From: an uncultured virus (IMG/VR IMGVR_UViG_3300044949_000816)
Lineage: Duplodnaviria; Heunggongvirae; Uroviricota; Caudoviricetes
DNA length: 64,000 nt
IMG/VR virus record: IMGVR_UViG_3300044949_000816
Span: 1 to 64,000 of that record
Reading direction: 5' to 3' (one strand)
Position numbers and translations under genes: made by a program. The notes beneath the pieces were generated by a model that had not been told where the DNA came from, made no database searches, and was given only the letters and a program-made list of their open reading frames with translations. This document shows, piece after piece, positions 61,601 through 64,000 of the stretch (its first letter is position 1; each line of letters opens with the position of its first letter).

Positions 61601-64000
61601 AAATTCCAGGATATTGTGCAACTGTTGCCGACCAAGCACTGTTGACAATTTCTGTTCTGTTTTGTTGAATTAATCTGTAAGAATCTTTAAATCTTGAGAA
61701 TCTTGTGGTTTGAACGTCATTTGGATAGTAGAAATCTGGATGTGAAATTGCAATTGCAGCAAGAGACTTATCAATAATTTCCGTTCTATTCTTTTGAATT
61801 AAGTTAGCAGCATCTATGTAACGGTTATCTGCAGTTGCAATTATGGTAAATTCATATCCAAGATTTCCTGATGGATAGTATGCAGTAGAAGGACCACCAC
61901 CACTATCACATTCCCAAACAAGATTTTCTAACTTAATTTTTTTACCAGGTTCAATATATAAATGTGCTCCAGCAGTTGTTCCTAAACCAACCGCAGTTAC
62001 TGTGGCAATACCAGTTGTACGATCATAAGATGCTGTTGAGATACCGAAAATAGGAGTATAGAGTTTTGATACTTCTCCACCATATTGGTAAATGTGATCT
62101 AAAGTGGATTTTCCTACATTAACAACAAATGTTTTTGTATCAAGTATATCTTGAACTGTAAATTCATATCCATAATTACCTGATGGATAAATTGCAGTTG
62201 ATGGACCACCACCACTATTACATTCAAATACGAGATTCTGAAGTTTTACTCTATCTCCAGATGTAATTTTTAATGCTGTTGAAGTTTCTATAGTTGAAAT
62301 TCCAGTTAATCTATCGTAAGAAGCAGTTACAACACCAACAGGGAATCCAGAAGATCCTGGAGTGCATGAATAAGTTAATCCTTGAACTTTTACTGGATCT
62401 TTTGTACTTAATCCATGATTAATTGCTGTTACTGTAGTAATACCAGTATTGGCATCATAAACAGCATTCACAACTGTTGTTCCTAATCCTACTGGATATC
62501 CACCCCAAGAACAATTATTGATAACTGCTCTTGCAACATTGAATGAATAATCTAGAGTTGCTATAGTTTGCTTAACTTCTTCTGGATTTTTTAGAATTCC
62601 CGATTTTAAACTCCAATCATTATTATAATATGCTTTACCAGCATCAATAGATCTAGAGTTTCCACCTCTAGTAATATCATGTATAATGCACTTCCAAATA
62701 TCCGATACATCATCTGCACAATCATTACTTTCTAAATTAACACCATATCTAACAGCAGGTGCATTTGATGTTGTTCCTGCACCAATCATATTAGTTACAA
62801 TACCAACTAATTGTTTGATTGTTGTACCTACACCTACACATCCACCATTTACTTGAATAACGGAAAGATCCTTAACTTGAGAAACGCTATTTCCAATACC
62901 TTGATATGATATTGGTGGTGTTGTGTTATTAATCACATGAGTTGCAATTCCAGCAGCATAATCAAGTGCTGCGATTGTCGCTTCCGAAACACCAACACCT
63001 GTAATATGAATTAAACCACCAGAACTATTAAAATATGAATATCCAGCACCAATTGATTTACGATTACTATTTGCTTTTAAATCATAAGAAATTGCTTGCA
63101 TAATACTAACAACATCTTCTTTACAATTAGTGTAACTACTAATTCCAAGAGTAAAATTATATCCAGATGGTGATGTTAAGAAACCAACTGCTTCTGCTGA
63201 AATATAATTTAAGTTCTTATCAATTAATCTTGCGGCATCTTGTTCCCTATGACTTCCAGCAAATCCACTAAATCCACTGGTTAAGAACCCAACAGACTCT
63301 TTTGCAATATATCTTAAGTTAAATCGAATCATTCTTGCAGCATCAAAGAATCTATCAGTAGCAACACCAAGTAAGGGTTGAAGAGCAACAACAGCAGCTC
63401 CATTTTTCATTGCTGGACCAATAAAACTTGCATCTGTAATATGACATCCATTATTTACATGGAACATATCTTGATTTAAGTTTTTCGGTGTAATTACACA
63501 GTTTCTAAGTTCTGTTCCTTCAACAGAAACCGTTTTGGCAAGAATAATCGGGTTGTCTTCAATATAAGTTCCTGGGAATACTTTAATAGTGTCTCCAAAT
63601 ACTGCAACAGATGCGGCCGATTTAATTGTTTTCTTTGGATAATTTTCTGCAAGGCCAGTATTATCATCATTACCGTTCATAGAAACATAAATCGTCCTTC
63701 CAACTGGTTTGTAAGATTGAATTTTAACCTTTCCTTTTCCAGGAATTTGTGATTCAAAAATGTCAATTCCAATTCCAGGAACAATTTGAGTTACAATTCC
63801 TACTAATGTTTCTCCATTACCATAATAATTTGTAGCAGTTGCAGTTCCAACAACCGTCAAAGTATTAGTAATTGCACTTGTTCCAATACCAATACTTCCG
63901 GATGAAGGGTTGAATACTAATTTTTCAGAAGAAACAAATACTGTTGAAATGGATCCTGATTTTTCTGTTGAAAAACCTATGTAAGAAACAAAATTGTCTT
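58686..64000 (-). CDS. Very large tail fibre/structural protein, 5'-truncated by the window edge
   Basis: Frame stays open from 63860 to the window end (DNFVSYIGFSTEKSGS...); IYVSMNGNDDNTG beta-helix start, A.YD..TG repeats, KCxRDxGY helical repeats. Confidence 0.85.
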   Translation of the reverse strand, partial: DNFVSYIGFSTEKSGSISTVFVSSEKLVFNPSSGSIGIGTSAITNTLTVVGTATATNYYGNGETLVGIVTQIVPGIGIDIFESQIPGKGKVKIQSYKPVGRTIYVSMNGNDDNTGLAENYPKKTIKSAASVAVFGDTIKVFPGTYIEDNPIILAKTVSVEGTELRNCVITPKNLNQDMFHVNNGCHITDASFIGPAMKNGAAVVALQPLLGVATDRFFDAARMIRFNLRYIAKESVGFLTSGFSGFAGSHREQDAARLIDKNLNYISAEAVGFLTSPSGYNFTLGISSYTNCKEDVVSIMQAISYDLKANSNRKSIGAGYSYFNSSGGLIHITGVGVSEATIAALDYAAGIATHVINNTTPPISYQGIGNSVSQVKDLSVIQVNGGCVGVGTTIKQLVGIVTNMIGAGTTSNAPAVRYGVNLESNDCADDVSDIWKCIIHDITRGGNSRSIDAGKAYYNNDWSLKSGILKNPEEVKQTIATLDYSFNVARAVINNCSWGGYPVGLGTTVVNAVYDANTGITTVTAINHGLSTKDPVKVQGLTYSCTPGSSGFPVGVVTASYDRLTGISTIETSTALKITSGDRVKLQNLVFECNSGGGPSTAIYPSGNYGYEFTVQDILDTKTFVVNVGKSTLDHIYQYGGEVSKLYTPIFGISTASYDRTTGIATVTAVGLGTTAGAHLYIEPGKKIKLENLVWECDSGGGPSTAYYPSGNLGYEFTIIATADNRYIDAANLIQKNRTEIIDKSLAAIAISHPDFYYPNDVQTTRFSRFKDSYRLIQQNRTEIVNSAWSATVAQYPGISGTQTKCKRDLGYFIDAVSTDIFTGGNSYSIAFVRQYFNNGAPISNGLVGEETESVYAFNQARNLMKQAITNQLTTKDLTLTADPVTGSNTSSSSCANVQSALDTLTSLITTVVSAGSLTSLNTIRNNPGIFVSGENKCRRDIGYIVDALVKDVKYGTNKHIREATRAYFNKNGAPISNGLVGEETQSVTAFNAVRDYAKKAITNQLNVKDLTISADPATGSNTSENSCADVKTNIDNLISILTTVISAGNLGSYPALYVSNKVKVNVGTSTLDHRYMYGGTLTSNYTTTTFPDGTFNYIFPVKSVVGPNTFEFVGGKTVLPHTYVSGGTVQKYTNFQNEFTQIKDLAMQVDPATGFNNVINSCADVTSAMKVCVGIVTSIIGIGSTAFSYVGFNTTYPGNRGKGFDSIVGVTSALYEETSGKTTIKAPGLLVKVGDLIEVRNLKFSCSSGGPVSTQLFPSGYYGYEFYVTKINSDDSFDVYTGISTIPHSYVSGGYVVNRSLEVTEAKYDNNTGIVTITAPGISVRTGDIVTLRDLEFACSSGAATTTLFPSGNNGYAFEVLSTTNERNTFTVNVGKTGIGHTYVVGGIVIPPYSKGVGPITQGPYVRNCTNFIGDSIGMKVDGFAAEPGDKEDIGVTGTMSVDSYTQYNQNGIGVSITNGAYTQLVSIFTICDDIGIFTKSGGQCDITNSNCSFGNYGLVSDGVGDYTSKSIYRYTGETVGTAEIETDTVTISGLGTQRPYDGQAIYFGELYYQVNAIKVTNGGNGYNPTNPPNVTIGFPEGPSGIRAEASANVDENGVITSIDVISNGSQYLNSPSVTITDFPGGSGVNATAEAVLYPLYYTITTATLPVNGTSTLVLTQNLNNTVGAGTTVYFSRLSLQIATSISLEWVGSGTNINTAKPALGGVTIQANEVDKRNGGQVVYTSTNQAGNFQIGDGVVINQLTGTITGRSFSQSLLNTVTPLIIALS

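Noticed and set aside
63860..64000. TTG at 63860 as the start of the last fibre gene
   Set aside because: The frame is open to the window edge with fibre-like sequence, so the true start is outside the window

Overview
Fragment of a large T4-like cyanophage (cyanomyovirus) genome, with almost all genes on the minus strand. About 0-37.9 kb is an early/middle region of roughly 100 short ORFs. It includes cp12, an RlpA-like transglycosylase, two 2OG-Fe(II) oxygenases, an Rnl2-like ligase, a PMI-type cupin, an HNH nuclease, an SF2 helicase, a beta-class DNA MTase with a possible partner nuclease, and a split gamma-class MTase. About 37.9-64 kb holds very large tail-fibre/virion genes interrupted by two tRNA genes. 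Three promoter classes are visible: 12 copies of a palindrome (TGTGCCAGTT-N4-AACTGGCACA-like) at a fixed 28-30 nt from a -10 box, often with a terminator-like hairpin in the spacer; consensus sigma70 promoters; and T4 late-type (A/C)TAAATA boxes. The most unusual signals are phycobiliprotein-like helical repeats (KCxRDxGY) in a virion fibre protein, five Reelin-subrepeat-like domains behind a Gly-X-Gln collagen stalk, the modular promoter cassette, a perfect RpaB HLR1 box upstream of the cp12 region, and two tandem tRNAs that could both read AUA. All family assignments come from motifs recognised by eye; no database searches were run.
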